The position numbers and the translations under genes are program-made. From positions 18,544 through 82,543 of the forward strand of contig WRDR01000003.1 of the NCBI GenBank assembly GCA_009779745.1: a DNA stretch of 64,000 nt, in the 5' to 3' direction. The stretch comes from Alphaproteobacteria bacterium. Lineage in GTDB: Bacteria; Pseudomonadota; Alphaproteobacteria; UBA9219. Of the stretch, positions 1-9,164 are shown in pieces. Positions within the stretch are counted from its first letter, which is position 1. Every line of letters starts with the position of its first letter. The notes under the pieces are model-generated. The model saw only the letters and a program-made list of their open reading frames with translations. It had not been told where the DNA came from and searched no databases.

Positions 1-334
1 TCTTTTCTTTATCCTTTGAAAGCCAGACTCCCAGTATGACTTCCAGATTATGCTTTTGAGCTATGGACGGTATTTTTTCCAAGTTATCGGAAACACTGTA
101 TGTTCTTACTGCAAACACATTGTCTGCCAGCACTGCCAAATCGGAATCTATTTTTTTCTCTGACAGTTTGTCTTTATCGTTGGAGGTCGTATAGCCGTTA
201 TACGAGACGCTGTTTATAGTGCCGCCCCAAGCTTTTTCTGAGACGCTTTGATTCACTCCAGCCCAGACTGCGAAATTCACAGCCAGCACTATAAAAAGAA
301 TAGCAGAAACGGTTTTGAGATTGTTTATGAACAT
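1..334 (-). CDS. Glycoside hydrolase family 17-like protein (beta-glucan synthase/glucanase type), N-terminal part; 3' end lies outside the window
   Basis: Not in the ORF track because it runs off the window. Reverse-strand ATG at 334. Translation starts MFINNLKTVSAILFIVLAVNFAVWAG (signal anchor), then SVSYNGY..DLAVLADNVFAVRTYSV..NLEVILGVWL, a pattern typical of bacterial GH17 proteins. Confidence 0.5.
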   Translation of the reverse strand, partial: MFINNLKTVSAILFIVLAVNFAVWAGVNQSVSEKAWGGTINSVSYNGYTTSNDKDKLSEKKIDSDLAVLADNVFAVRTYSVSDNLEKIPSIAQKHNLEVILGVWLSKDKEK

Positions 335-345
335 ACCGTAGTGTA

Positions 346-1005
346 CTAGGAATTCTTCATTTCCTCAACTTTTTCGTTAAGCATATCGATCAAGCCCGAT
401 ACTCCTACAGATTTTATGATAGAAGAAAACTCGCTGCGTTTACCGGCAAGCTCGCTTATTACTCCGCCCATTAGTACGTCTATTACCCTGAACTGTCCGT
501 TATCGTTTTTGTGCATGAGGTAGTTCAGCTGCACAGACTCGCCCTTGACAGGCTCAAGTATAGTTTCCACTACGACATTGTCCTTAATCTTTTTCACGCC
601 TGTAATCGTAAAAGACCCGTCGGAAGAAGACGGAAAGCGCGAAGCATAATTTGCAGTACTGAAAGCTGCAAACGCCTTTACTAAATCCTGTTGTTCGTTT
701 TCAGATACAGTGTTCCATGCGCTTCCTGCTGCCAGTCTGGTCATAGTTTTGAAATCGAACGTCTCAAGCAGGACAGGAGCTAATTTCTCGAATCTTCCGT
801 TGAAACCCAGAGTATCTCCGTTTGCCATAGTAGCTAATAATTGCGTATAGAAATTACTCACAACGCCTTCGGGAGAAGAAGCATCTACTGTCTGCTCTTG
901 GGAGGCATCCGGTGTCTCTGCAAGCGCAGGATAAGCATTCACAAAAAAACATACAATAAATGCAAAACCAAAAATCTTAATAATTTGTCGGATTTCTAAT
1001 AACAT
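346..1005 (-). CDS. MlaC/Ttg2D-family periplasmic lipid-binding protein (HpnM-like)
   Basis: 219 aa with an N-terminal signal peptide ending in ALA. Length and pattern (FYTQLL..., FDFKTMTRLAAGSAW, ANYASRF) match the toluene-tolerance Ttg2D/MlaC family. Confidence 0.65.
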   Translation of the reverse strand: MLLEIRQIIKIFGFAFIVCFFVNAYPALAETPDASQEQTVDASSPEGVVSNFYTQLLATMANGDTLGFNGRFEKLAPVLLETFDFKTMTRLAAGSAWNTVSENEQQDLVKAFAAFSTANYASRFPSSSDGSFTITGVKKIKDNVVVETILEPVKGESVQLNYLMHKNDNGQFRVIDVLMGGVISELAGKRSEFSSIIKSVGVSGLIDMLNEKVEEMKNS

Positions 1006-1120
1006 CTGAGTTCCACCGTAAAGTTGTTGCGATCAGCGGCTTGCGAATCTACCAGTACTAGATACCACAAAAACAGAATTCTTAAAATCAAATTTTCAGG
1101 AGTGCATAAGTATTTTGCTT

Positions 1121-3100
1121 CTACAAACAACTCCGCATCTCACCGGCTCCTAGAGCCTGTAAGATATTAGCAGCGATGTGCTTGGCATTAAGACCGGCTT
1201 TTTCATACTGCAAATACTGAGTATTATGCTCTATGTACACATCAGGCAAGGTCATAGTCCTGATCTTCAGTCCTCTGTCGAGCACTCCCTTATTTGCCAA
1301 GTAGTGCAAAACATGAGCTCCGAACCCGCCTTGAGAGCCTTCTTCTATGGTAATAAGAACTTCATGGCTATCGGCTAACTCGGAAATCAAATCGTAATCC
1401 AGCGGCTTTGCAAATCTCATGTCCGCAAGAGTAGGGGTTACGCCTTTAGCTTTAAGCATTTCTATGGCTTTGACGCATTCTTCGAGCCTTGCTCCTAAGT
1501 TCAATATAGCTGCTCCGGAACCTTTTTTCACAATCCTGCCTTTGCCTATCTCTATGATGCTTCCGGTACTTTCAGGCAAGACAAATCCTGTAGCATTGCC
1601 TCTAGGGAAACGAATAGCGGACGGAATGTCGTCTATGGCACACGCAGTAGAAACCATGTTGTACAGCTCCGCACCGTCCGAAGGAGCCATTATTATAATG
1701 CCGGGCAGACAAGACAAAAACGCCAGGTCAAAAGAGCCTGCATGAGTAGCACCGTCCGCACCCACTAAACCGGCTCTGTCCAGTATAAAACGCACAGGCA
1801 GTTTCTGTAACACTACATCGTGCTGTAATTGGTCATAGGCTCTCTGCATGAACGAAGAGTATATCGCACAGAACGGCTTAAAGCCCTCACAGGCTAAACC
1901 GGCTGCAAAGGTTACTGCGTGCTGCTCTGCAATGCCTACGTCAAAGAAACGCTCGGGAAAATGCTTTTCAAACAAATCAAGCCCTGTTCCGGACGCCATA
2001 GCGGCCGTAATAGCCAGTATCTTGCTATCTTTCTCAGCCTCTTTTACCAAAGATTGCGCGAATACTTGAGTATACGTCATAACGTCAGGCTGTGTTTTTT
2101 CAGCCTCTGCCTCAAGCTCTTCTATGCTTTTTACGATATTGAAACGAGGCTGTACTGCGTGCAGCTTATCCGGCGCACTCTCCGCAGGCTGATAGCCCTT
2201 ACCTTTTTCTGTTACAACATGTATGAGAACAGGTCCTTCTCCCGGGTCGTCTCTGACGTTCTCTAAAATAGAAACCAAGTCTTCCATATTATGACCGTCA
2301 ATAGGTCCTACGTAGTAAAAGCCCAACTCCTCAAACAGAGTTCCGCCCATTATCATGCCTTTGGCGTACTTCTCAGCCTTCTTTGCCATTTTGGTTGTTT
2401 TTCTGGGAAACAGCTTGGCAAACTCTTTGGCGACAGACCTTAGCCCGCGGTACTCTTTAGAAGAAACAATCAGAGACAGATAATTGTGCATTGCTCCGAT
2501 AGCAGGAGATATAGACATGTCATTGTCGTTCAATATAACTATCAGCTTGGATTTGGAAGCTCCTGCATTATTCAGAGCCTCATAAGCCATACCGGCAGTT
2601 ATAGAACCGTCCCCTATAACGGCAACCACATGGTTTTTCTTATTATTGAGGTCTCGTCCTACGGCAAAGCCTAGGGCTGCGGATATAGACGTAGAACTGT
2701 GTCCGGCGCCAAAGGCATCATATTCGCTTTCAGAACGCTTGCAAAATCCGGAAAGGCCTCCTCCCTGCCTGAGAGTCCTTATTCTGTCGCGGCGGTTGGT
2801 GAGGATTTTGTGAGGATATGCCTGATGGCTTACGTCCCAGATAACCTTATCTTTTGGAGTATCAAACACATAGTGCAGTGCTACGGTAAGCTCTACAACG
2901 CCAAGTCCTGCGCCTAAGTGTCCGCCTGTAACAGAGACTGTGTCTATAGTCTCTTTCCGCACGTCATCAGCTAACTTTTGCAGGTCTTCCAGAGGTATTT
3001 TCTTCAAATCGCTTGGATTGCGCACAGAGTCCAGCAGGCAAGCTCCGCCTGTATCAGCACTGTTATTATTAGCCGAAGATAACTTAAAACGCTCTGTCAA
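1121..3100 (-). CDS. dxs: 1-deoxy-D-xylulose-5-phosphate synthase
   Basis: 659 aa. Contains [34 protein letters not shown], the GDG TPP motif ([19 protein letters not shown]) and a transketolase-like C-terminal half. Confidence 0.95.
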   Translation of the reverse strand: MTERFKLSSANNNSADTGGACLLDSVRNPSDLKKIPLEDLQKLADDVRKETIDTVSVTGGHLGAGLGVVELTVALHYVFDTPKDKVIWDVSHQAYPHKILTNRRDRIRTLRQGGGLSGFCKRSESEYDAFGAGHSSTSISAALGFAVGRDLNNKKNHVVAVIGDGSITAGMAYEALNNAGASKSKLIVILNDNDMSISPAIGAMHNYLSLIVSSKEYRGLRSVAKEFAKLFPRKTTKMAKKAEKYAKGMIMGGTLFEELGFYYVGPIDGHNMEDLVSILENVRDDPGEGPVLIHVVTEKGKGYQPAESAPDKLHAVQPRFNIVKSIEELEAEAEKTQPDVMTYTQVFAQSLVKEAEKDSKILAITAAMASGTGLDLFEKHFPERFFDVGIAEQHAVTFAAGLACEGFKPFCAIYSSFMQRAYDQLQHDVVLQKLPVRFILDRAGLVGADGATHAGSFDLAFLSCLPGIIIMAPSDGAELYNMVSTACAIDDIPSAIRFPRGNATGFVLPESTGSIIEIGKGRIVKKGSGAAILNLGARLEECVKAIEMLKAKGVTPTLADMRFAKPLDYDLISELADSHEVLITIEEGSQGGFGAHVLHYLANKGVLDRGLKIRTMTLPDVYIEHNTQYLQYEKAGLNAKHIAANILQALGAGEMRSCL

Positions 3101-3299
3101 AACATTAACCCTATTCCAAATAATTCACAATCGGAACAGTATATAACAGGGCAAGGCTGTTGTATAGCAGAAAGCGACAATTTCTGAAAGGCCTTATAAT
3201 ACAATAGGATATGTATAGGCAGTATGTAGTTGTTTCGTTCATCTTTTTATGTTAGGAGATAAACCATGAGTTTTTTAAACAATAAAGCGGAGGATTCTT

Positions 3300-4040
3300 A
3301 TGTTTTCTTTATCCGGAAAAAACGCTCTTGTTACTGGAGCCTCCGGCGGAATAGGCAGAGTTATTGCTAAGACTCTGCACGCACAAGGAGCCAGAGTCGT
3401 TCTGGCAGACATAAAGCCGGAGTTACTCGAGCCTGTTAAAGCAGAGCTGGGGGATAATGTTTTTTGTGTTTCCGGGAATTTGGCGGATTCCTCCGTGCCT
3501 CAGACCATGCTTAAAGAAGCGGAAGAGCAGTTGGGCAGCGGCGTAGATATTTTGGTTAATAATGCCGGACTGACAAGAGACGGATTAGCCATAAGAATGA
3601 AAGATGAAGATTGGGATCTTGTTCTTAATGTGAATTTATCCGCTGCATTCAGGCTGTCAAGGGCAGTTGTGAAAGGAATGATGACAAGACGTTACGGGCG
3701 TATAGTGAACATTACTTCCGTAATAGGAGTTACCGGAAATGCCGGTCAGGCTAATTATGCAGCGTCTAAGGCCGGGCTTATAGCTATGAGCAAGTCTTTT
3801 GCTCAGGAGTTGGCGACTAGAAATGTAACGGTAAATTGCGTAGCTCCGGGATTTATAGCTTCTGCCATGACGGATGTTTTGACCGAGGAGCAAAAGACTA
3901 AGATTTTAGTAGCGGTGCCCATGGGGCGTATAGGAGTGCCTAGTGACGTAGCAAGCAGCGTGCTGTTTTTGGCTAGTGAAGAGGCGGGCTATATAACGGG
4001 ACAGACCATACACGTGAACGGCGGAATGGCGATGATATAA
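3300..4040 (+). CDS. fabG: 3-oxoacyl-[ACP] reductase
   Basis: 246 aa SDR with TGASGGIG, NNAG, YAASKAG and a GQTIHVNGGM tail. GGAGG RBS 6 nt upstream. Confidence 0.9.
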   Translation: MFSLSGKNALVTGASGGIGRVIAKTLHAQGARVVLADIKPELLEPVKAELGDNVFCVSGNLADSSVPQTMLKEAEEQLGSGVDILVNNAGLTRDGLAIRMKDEDWDLVLNVNLSAAFRLSRAVVKGMMTRRYGRIVNITSVIGVTGNAGQANYAASKAGLIAMSKSFAQELATRNVTVNCVAPGFIASAMTDVLTEEQKTKILVAVPMGRIGVPSDVASSVLFLASEEAGYITGQTIHVNGGMAMI

Positions 4041-4070
4041 GTGTGGAGTGTGGAGTGTGGAGTGTGGAGT
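4041..4070. repeat. Tandem heptanucleotide repeat (GTGTGGA)x4 plus a partial unit
   Basis: Read directly: taa GTGTGGA GTGTGGA GTGTGGA GTGTGGA GT. It starts immediately after the fabG stop and contains the predicted GTG start (4048) of the next gene. Confidence 0.95.
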
Positions 4071-5391
4071 TGAAAAACGTTCTTCCTTAAAAGGACGTGT
4101 TAGGCGTTATACAAAAGTATCCGCTTCACTGGCCGGGGTTGGGGCTAGAGCCGCTCTTTGCCGTTCTGATGATGCTTCCAAGAAGCAGGCGGAATTAGTC
4201 GCAAAAGCAATAGGCTCGTTAAAGGGACCTCTGGTTAAGATAGCCCAATTTATAGCATGTGTGCCGGATATTGTTCCGGAAGCTTACTCTGAAGAGCTGT
4301 TGAAGCTGCAACAGAATGCTCCTGTTATGGGTGCTAGGTTTGTAAGACGCAGAATGGCGAATGAACTCGGGGAAGACTGGGAAAAAAAATTCTTAAATTT
4401 TGAAAAAGAAGCATTTGCAGGAGCCTCATTAGGGCAGGTGCACAGAGCCATAGGGCTGGACGGAAAAAAGCTTGCATGTAAATTGCAATATCCAGATATG
4501 GAAACTGTTATTGATGCGGATTTGAGGCAGTTGAAACTGATTTTGACTTTGTTTGAAGCGTACAAGAGAAATATAGACACTAAAGAACTGTACAAAGAAA
4601 TATCAGACCGCTTGTATGAAGAAATAGACTATATCCAAGAAGCGAAAAATATCAGGCTGTTCAAACTGCTGTATAAGGGAAAAAAGTATGTGCATGTGCC
4701 TGAAGTAGTAGAGAGATTATCTACGGATAAGCTGATTACTATTACATATCTGGAAGGAGAAAAATTCGCAGATATTCTTAAAAGAACGAAAAAAGACAGA
4801 AATCAAATAGCGGAAAATATTTTCCGCACATGGTACACTCCGTTTTATGAGAACGGCATATTACATGCGGATTCTCATACCGGAAATTACACTGCGGCAA
4901 AAGACAACAGCATTAATCTATTGGATTTCGGCTGCGTCAGAGTGTTCGATGCTAAAACTATAGAGGCTGTTATTTTGCTGTACAAAGCTGTTCTTGCCAA
5001 CAACAGAGAACTGGCAAAAGAGGCATATGAAAAGTGGGGTTTCAGTAATATTTCCAATGAAATGATAGACGTGCTTAATGTGTGGGCTAAGTTTGTGTAC
5101 GCTCCGTTCTTAGAGGATAAAGTCTGTAAAATTCAGGACACTAACAGCACAGCTTATGGTAAAGAAGTTGCTGCTGAGGTTTACAAGGAATTGAGAAAAT
5201 TTAAAAACATATCTATTCCCAGAGAATTCGTTTTCATAGACAGGACTACGCTGGGACTTGGAGGCGCATTCATGCAGCTGGGAGCAGAGCTTAATTGGCA
5301 TAAGCTTTTTAATGAGGTTGTAGCTAAATTTGATGTGAAAACGTTTGCTATGAGGCAAAATCGGTTAAATAGATGTTGTAAAAGAGACTAA
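4048..5391 (+). CDS. ABC1/UbiB-family atypical protein kinase
   Basis: 447 aa. LVKIAQFIACVPDIVPEAYSEELLKLQQNAP..GASLGQVHRA..LACKLQYPDM matches the ABC1/AarF/UbiB kinase N-lobe. The start is uncertain because the only in-frame start lies inside the heptamer repeat. Confidence 0.8.
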   Translation: MWSVECGVEKRSSLKGRVRRYTKVSASLAGVGARAALCRSDDASKKQAELVAKAIGSLKGPLVKIAQFIACVPDIVPEAYSEELLKLQQNAPVMGARFVRRRMANELGEDWEKKFLNFEKEAFAGASLGQVHRAIGLDGKKLACKLQYPDMETVIDADLRQLKLILTLFEAYKRNIDTKELYKEISDRLYEEIDYIQEAKNIRLFKLLYKGKKYVHVPEVVERLSTDKLITITYLEGEKFADILKRTKKDRNQIAENIFRTWYTPFYENGILHADSHTGNYTAAKDNSINLLDFGCVRVFDAKTIEAVILLYKAVLANNRELAKEAYEKWGFSNISNEMIDVLNVWAKFVYAPFLEDKVCKIQDTNSTAYGKEVAAEVYKELRKFKNISIPREFVFIDRTTLGLGGAFMQLGAELNWHKLFNEVVAKFDVKTFAMRQNRLNRCCKRD

Positions 5392-5451
5392 TAATGACTA
5401 TACCTTTCTTTTGAAAAGAATCTGCTTTAACAAATAAATTGGATTGAAAAC

Positions 5452-6792
5452 ATGCCGTCAGCAGCCGAAACTTTAGCCTCTACTATGAGCTTTTCTGCTT
5501 TTTCTAAAGCAAAAGACCTGAAAAACCGCATCTGGTTTACTGTTTTTGCTTTGATAGTTTTTCGTATAGGCACTTATATTCCTATTCCGGGCGTGGATCC
5601 GGTAAAGCTGGCTGAGATATTCAGCCGTCACAGCGGCGGCATCATGGATATGTTCAATATGTTCTCCGGAGGCGCATTGGAGCGTATGACTATATTTGCG
5701 CTCGGAGTCATGCCTTATATTACTGCCTCGATCATAGTTCAGTTATTATCCGCCGTGCTGCCTTCTTTCGAGGCTTTGAAAAAAGAAGGGCAAATGGGAC
5801 AAATGAAGCTCAATCAATATTCCCGTTATCTGACGGTTCTGTTTGCCTCAGTACAGTCTTATGCGCTGGCAGTAGGGCTTGAGTCTATGATAGGTTCTTC
5901 GGGATCTGCCGTTATCATCAATACTACTTTTTTCCGCATCAGCACTATGATAACGCTTACCGGAGGTGCTGTGTTCCTTATGTGGCTTGGGGAACAGATT
6001 ACATCAAGAGGCATTGGCAACGGCATTTCTCTGCTTATCTATGGAGGTATAGTCGCTGGTTTGCCTAGGGCTATCGGGCAGACTTTGGAACTGCAGCGTA
6101 TAGGCTCTTTGTCCACTATTGGAATGCTGCTGGTCCTGCTTATGCTGGTTGTTGTTATCGCTATCTGCGTTGCTTGCGAAAGGGCTCAGAGACGCATACT
6201 TATACAGTATCCTAAGCGTCAGGTAGGCAACAAGATGTTCGGAGGAGAGTCTTCTCATCTGCCGCTCAAGATTAACACTTCCGGAGTAATTCCTCCTATC
6301 TTTGCAAGCTCTTTGCTGCTGTTTCCTCTTACTATTGCCAGTTTTTCCAACTTGCAGGAGCAGGGTGGATTTTTGGCGGACGTAGTAATTCAGCTGGGAC
6401 ACGGAAAGCCTTTGTTTATGATTTTATACGCTGCGCTTATAACGTTCTTTGCGTTCTTTTATACTGCGGTTGTCTTTAATCCGGCAGACACGGCGGATAA
6501 TCTGAAAAAACACGGCGGTTTTGTTCCCGGAATAAGACCCGGCAAGAACACTGCGGATTATTTTGATTATGTCCTGACTAGGCTTACTGTGCTTGGTGCT
6601 GTATACCTGGTCGCCATATGTCTCTTGCCCGAGTTCCTTATGGCCAGAGGCTCTATTCCGTTTTATCTGGGCGGCACTTCTCTGCTTATCGTGGTCAGCG
6701 TTACTATTGATACGATTTCCAGAATCCAGTCGCACCTTATAGCTCATCAGTACGAAGGGCTGATTAAAAAATCTAAACTAAGAGGTAGGTAA
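5452..6792 (+). CDS. secY: Preprotein translocase subunit SecY
   Basis: 446 aa, 10-TM pattern. IPIPGVD, ALGVMPYITASIIVQLL and GEQITSRGIGNGISLLI motifs. Confidence 0.95.
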   Translation: MPSAAETLASTMSFSAFSKAKDLKNRIWFTVFALIVFRIGTYIPIPGVDPVKLAEIFSRHSGGIMDMFNMFSGGALERMTIFALGVMPYITASIIVQLLSAVLPSFEALKKEGQMGQMKLNQYSRYLTVLFASVQSYALAVGLESMIGSSGSAVIINTTFFRISTMITLTGGAVFLMWLGEQITSRGIGNGISLLIYGGIVAGLPRAIGQTLELQRIGSLSTIGMLLVLLMLVVVIAICVACERAQRRILIQYPKRQVGNKMFGGESSHLPLKINTSGVIPPIFASSLLLFPLTIASFSNLQEQGGFLADVVIQLGHGKPLFMILYAALITFFAFFYTAVVFNPADTADNLKKHGGFVPGIRPGKNTADYFDYVLTRLTVLGAVYLVAICLLPEFLMARGSIPFYLGGTSLLIVVSVTIDTISRIQSHLIAHQYEGLIKKSKLRGR

Positions 6793-7448
6793 TGAATATT
6801 ATACTGATAGGAGCACCGGGAGCAGGCAAGGGTACTCAGGCCAAATTGCTGACGGAAAAGTATAATATGGTGCAGCTGGCTACAGGAGATATGCTAAGAG
6901 CAGCATTTAAAGAGGGGACTCCTCTGGGCATTAAGGCGAAAAGCATTATGGATTCCGGGAATCTGGTGCCTGACGATCTCATCATAGACCTGATACGGCA
7001 AAAAATGAGCTCTAAGGAATGTGAAAAAGGAGTTATCCTAGACGGCTTCCCAAGAAATGTTCCTCAGGCAAAGGCTCTTGATGAGATGCTGGAGAAGCTG
7101 GGGAAGAAGCTGGATTTTGTCATTAACCTCAAGGTAGATCACGAGGCATTAATAGAACGGGTTTCAGGAAGATTCACCTGTTCCAAATGCGGCGAAGGGT
7201 ATCACGACAAATTCAAGCCGTTAAAAGAGTCCGGCAAATGCGATGTTTGCGGCAATTCCGGAGCTGATGCCTTTTCCAGACGCAAAGATGACAATGCAGA
7301 GACTATGAAAATTCGTTTAGATGTCTTTAAAGAACAAACCGCTCCTATCATTTCGTACTACAGAGACAAGGGCATACTGGTAGAGCTGGACGGCATGGCT
7401 GATATAGAAGATATGAGCAGAGAGATAGAGGGAATCATCAATTCGTAA
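6792..7448 (+). CDS. adk: Adenylate kinase (long form with Zn-lid cysteines)
   Basis: GAPGAGKGTQA P-loop, DGFPR, and lid CSKCG...CDVCG. Start overlaps the secY stop (TAATG). Confidence 0.95.
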   Translation: MNIILIGAPGAGKGTQAKLLTEKYNMVQLATGDMLRAAFKEGTPLGIKAKSIMDSGNLVPDDLIIDLIRQKMSSKECEKGVILDGFPRNVPQAKALDEMLEKLGKKLDFVINLKVDHEALIERVSGRFTCSKCGEGYHDKFKPLKESGKCDVCGNSGADAFSRRKDDNAETMKIRLDVFKEQTAPIISYYRDKGILVELDGMADIEDMSREIEGIINS

Positions 7449-7452
7449 AGCA

Positions 7453-8445
7453 TCAGCAATACCAGTTAGCCTTAAACCATGCTATTGCATCGGCTATAGC
7501 GTCTTTGGCAGGGCGGGATTTGTAGCCCAGCTCTTTTTCCGCTTTGGCACTGGAAAAGTACATTTTTTTCTGTGACATTCTAAGAGCGTCTCTGGACAGC
7601 ATAGGAGTCTTGCCGGTAACTCTTGCTATTTGCTCCATGACTATTGCGACAGGATATAACAACTTATGAGGCAGCTTTGTTGTGGGCGGTTTTTTTCCTG
7701 CGATATTAGCGATTATAGTCAAAATATCGCTTAACGCTAAATTAGTACCGCCCAGTATATATCGTTCTCCGATTTTGCCTTTTTCCAGAGCTAACAAATG
7801 CCCCATAGCCACGTCATCTACGTGGGCTATGTTTAAACCGGTATCTACAAACGCAGGTATTTTGCCGTTTACAGCATCGACTATGATTTTGCCTGTCGGA
7901 GTAGGTCTTATGTCGTTAGGACCTATGGGAGTAGAGGGGTTGACTATGACTGCGGGCAGTCCATAGTGCTGTATGAGTCTTGTAACTTCGGCTTCTGCAA
8001 GGTATTTTGATTGTTTATAAACGCCTACCATATCCGAGAACGATACAGGAGTTTTTTCATCAGACGAAGTGCCGTCTTTGTTAATTCCCAAAGTTGCAAC
8101 AGAGCTTGTGTATACTATTTTTTTTATTCCTGCACCCAGGGCATTCAGCATAAGGTTTTTAGTGCCGAGCACGTTTACCTCGTGCATTTCCTTGGGGTTC
8201 GGAACCCATATTCTATAATCTGCAGCAACATGAAACAGGCAGTCGCAGCCTTTTAACGCATCTTTGTAGGTGTCCGGATTTTTTAAATCGCCTTCTATGA
8301 CTGATACCGGGAGTCCTTGTATGTTTTTTCTATCGTTGTTTTTCTTTGACAAAGCCAGCACTTCAAAGCCTTTTGAAGTCAGCAGTCTTGCAACTGCCGA
8401 CCCTACAAAGCCGGTAGCTCCGGTAAGAAATACTTTTGTCATCAT
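7453..8445 (-). CDS. NAD-dependent epimerase/dehydratase, hopanoid-associated sugar epimerase (HpnA)-like
   Basis: 330 aa. GATGFVGSAV Rossmann motif, FHVAADYRIWVPNP, YKQSK catalytic motif, IVNPSTPIGPNDIRPTPTG and a FSSAKAEKELGY tail, as in the HpnA/dihydroflavonol-reductase-like family. Confidence 0.75.
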   Translation of the reverse strand: MMTKVFLTGATGFVGSAVARLLTSKGFEVLALSKKNNDRKNIQGLPVSVIEGDLKNPDTYKDALKGCDCLFHVAADYRIWVPNPKEMHEVNVLGTKNLMLNALGAGIKKIVYTSSVATLGINKDGTSSDEKTPVSFSDMVGVYKQSKYLAEAEVTRLIQHYGLPAVIVNPSTPIGPNDIRPTPTGKIIVDAVNGKIPAFVDTGLNIAHVDDVAMGHLLALEKGKIGERYILGGTNLALSDILTIIANIAGKKPPTTKLPHKLLYPVAIVMEQIARVTGKTPMLSRDALRMSQKKMYFSSAKAEKELGYKSRPAKDAIADAIAWFKANWYC

Positions 8446-8494
8446 TAAATCCTTTTTTTATTAACGGTTTACAACACATATTAAAACTAAAAAA

Positions 8495-8509
8495 TTAACT
8501 TAATATTAA
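8495..8509. promoter_or_regulatory. Candidate CtrA box (TTAA-N7-TTAA) between the hpnA-like gene and rcdA
   Basis: TTAACTTAATATTAA read directly, 44 nt upstream of the rcdA start. The surrounding DNA is AT-rich, so a chance match is possible. Confidence 0.3.
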
Positions 8510-8552
8510 ACACTTTTTTGCATATTTAACAAGTGAAAATAATAAAAGGAAG

Positions 8553-9041
8553 GTGAGCATGGCTGTTACTAAAGCTACAACTCTGTTAGACCGTACTTTC
8601 GACGAGGGCATGGCTCTGACTATGGAAGTGCGCAACTATATCGCATATCACGAACAGGCTGACAAAAAACGCTTTGATCTTCCTTCCTGTCTGCATTTCG
8701 GGTACCATCATACGAGAATATCCGCAAGGCTGATACAGATTATGACTTGGCTTTTGGCGATGAAGGCTCTGTTGTCCGGCGAGATAGCCCCGGAACAGTT
8801 TATTTCTCCTCAGTACGCTATCATTGACAGCGAAGAGTGCATGAGCGATAAGGGTGAAAATGACCCTTCTCTGCCTCAGGGACTAAGAGATTTAATGCTG
8901 CGCAGTCATGCTTTGTATTCCAGAATACTAAGACTGGACGATATGGTGCGGGCTAAGCTGGCGGCAGGGGAAATACCCAATTTCGGCATGATAGCGGGGG
9001 TTAATTTGTTTCCTTTGGATAATAAGGACGCCAGAGCTTAG
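8553..9041 (+). CDS. rcdA: DUF1465 protein, regulator of CtrA degradation RcdA-like
   Basis: 162 aa. FDEGMALTMEVRNYI...ISARLIQIMTWLLAMKALLSGEI..PQGLRDLMLRSHALYSRILRLD follows the RcdA/DUF1465 pattern as I recall it from Caulobacter RcdA. Confidence 0.6.
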   Translation: MSMAVTKATTLLDRTFDEGMALTMEVRNYIAYHEQADKKRFDLPSCLHFGYHHTRISARLIQIMTWLLAMKALLSGEIAPEQFISPQYAIIDSEECMSDKGENDPSLPQGLRDLMLRSHALYSRILRLDDMVRAKLAAGEIPNFGMIAGVNLFPLDNKDARA

Positions 9042-9164
9042 CTCCAATTGGCAAAAGTATGGTTAATCCTTGAAAGTAATAAAAATATTGCTTTAACATA
9101 ATTTTGCCCCTAAAATGCCGCTATATTTCTTAATGGATAAATTATTTTAGAAAAGGAAAAAGCC

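Noticed and set aside
3266-3370. 34-aa ORF with a good AGGAG RBS upstream of, and overlapping, the fabG start
   Set aside because: It is out of frame with fabG, its sequence is basic and of low information, and nothing supports conservation. It could be a uORF, but I cannot support that claim.
4041-4070. Whether the heptamer arrays (also at 15096, 20521, 39096 and 44909) could be CRISPR arrays
   Set aside because: The units are 7 nt and directly tandem with no spacers, and no cas genes are present. These are microsatellite-type repeats.
5452-7448. secY-adk detached from the usual ribosomal protein (rplO) operon, and fabG and fabD separated from acpP and fabF
   Set aside because: Gene-order scrambling is common in reduced or host-associated alphaproteobacteria and is not informative on its own.
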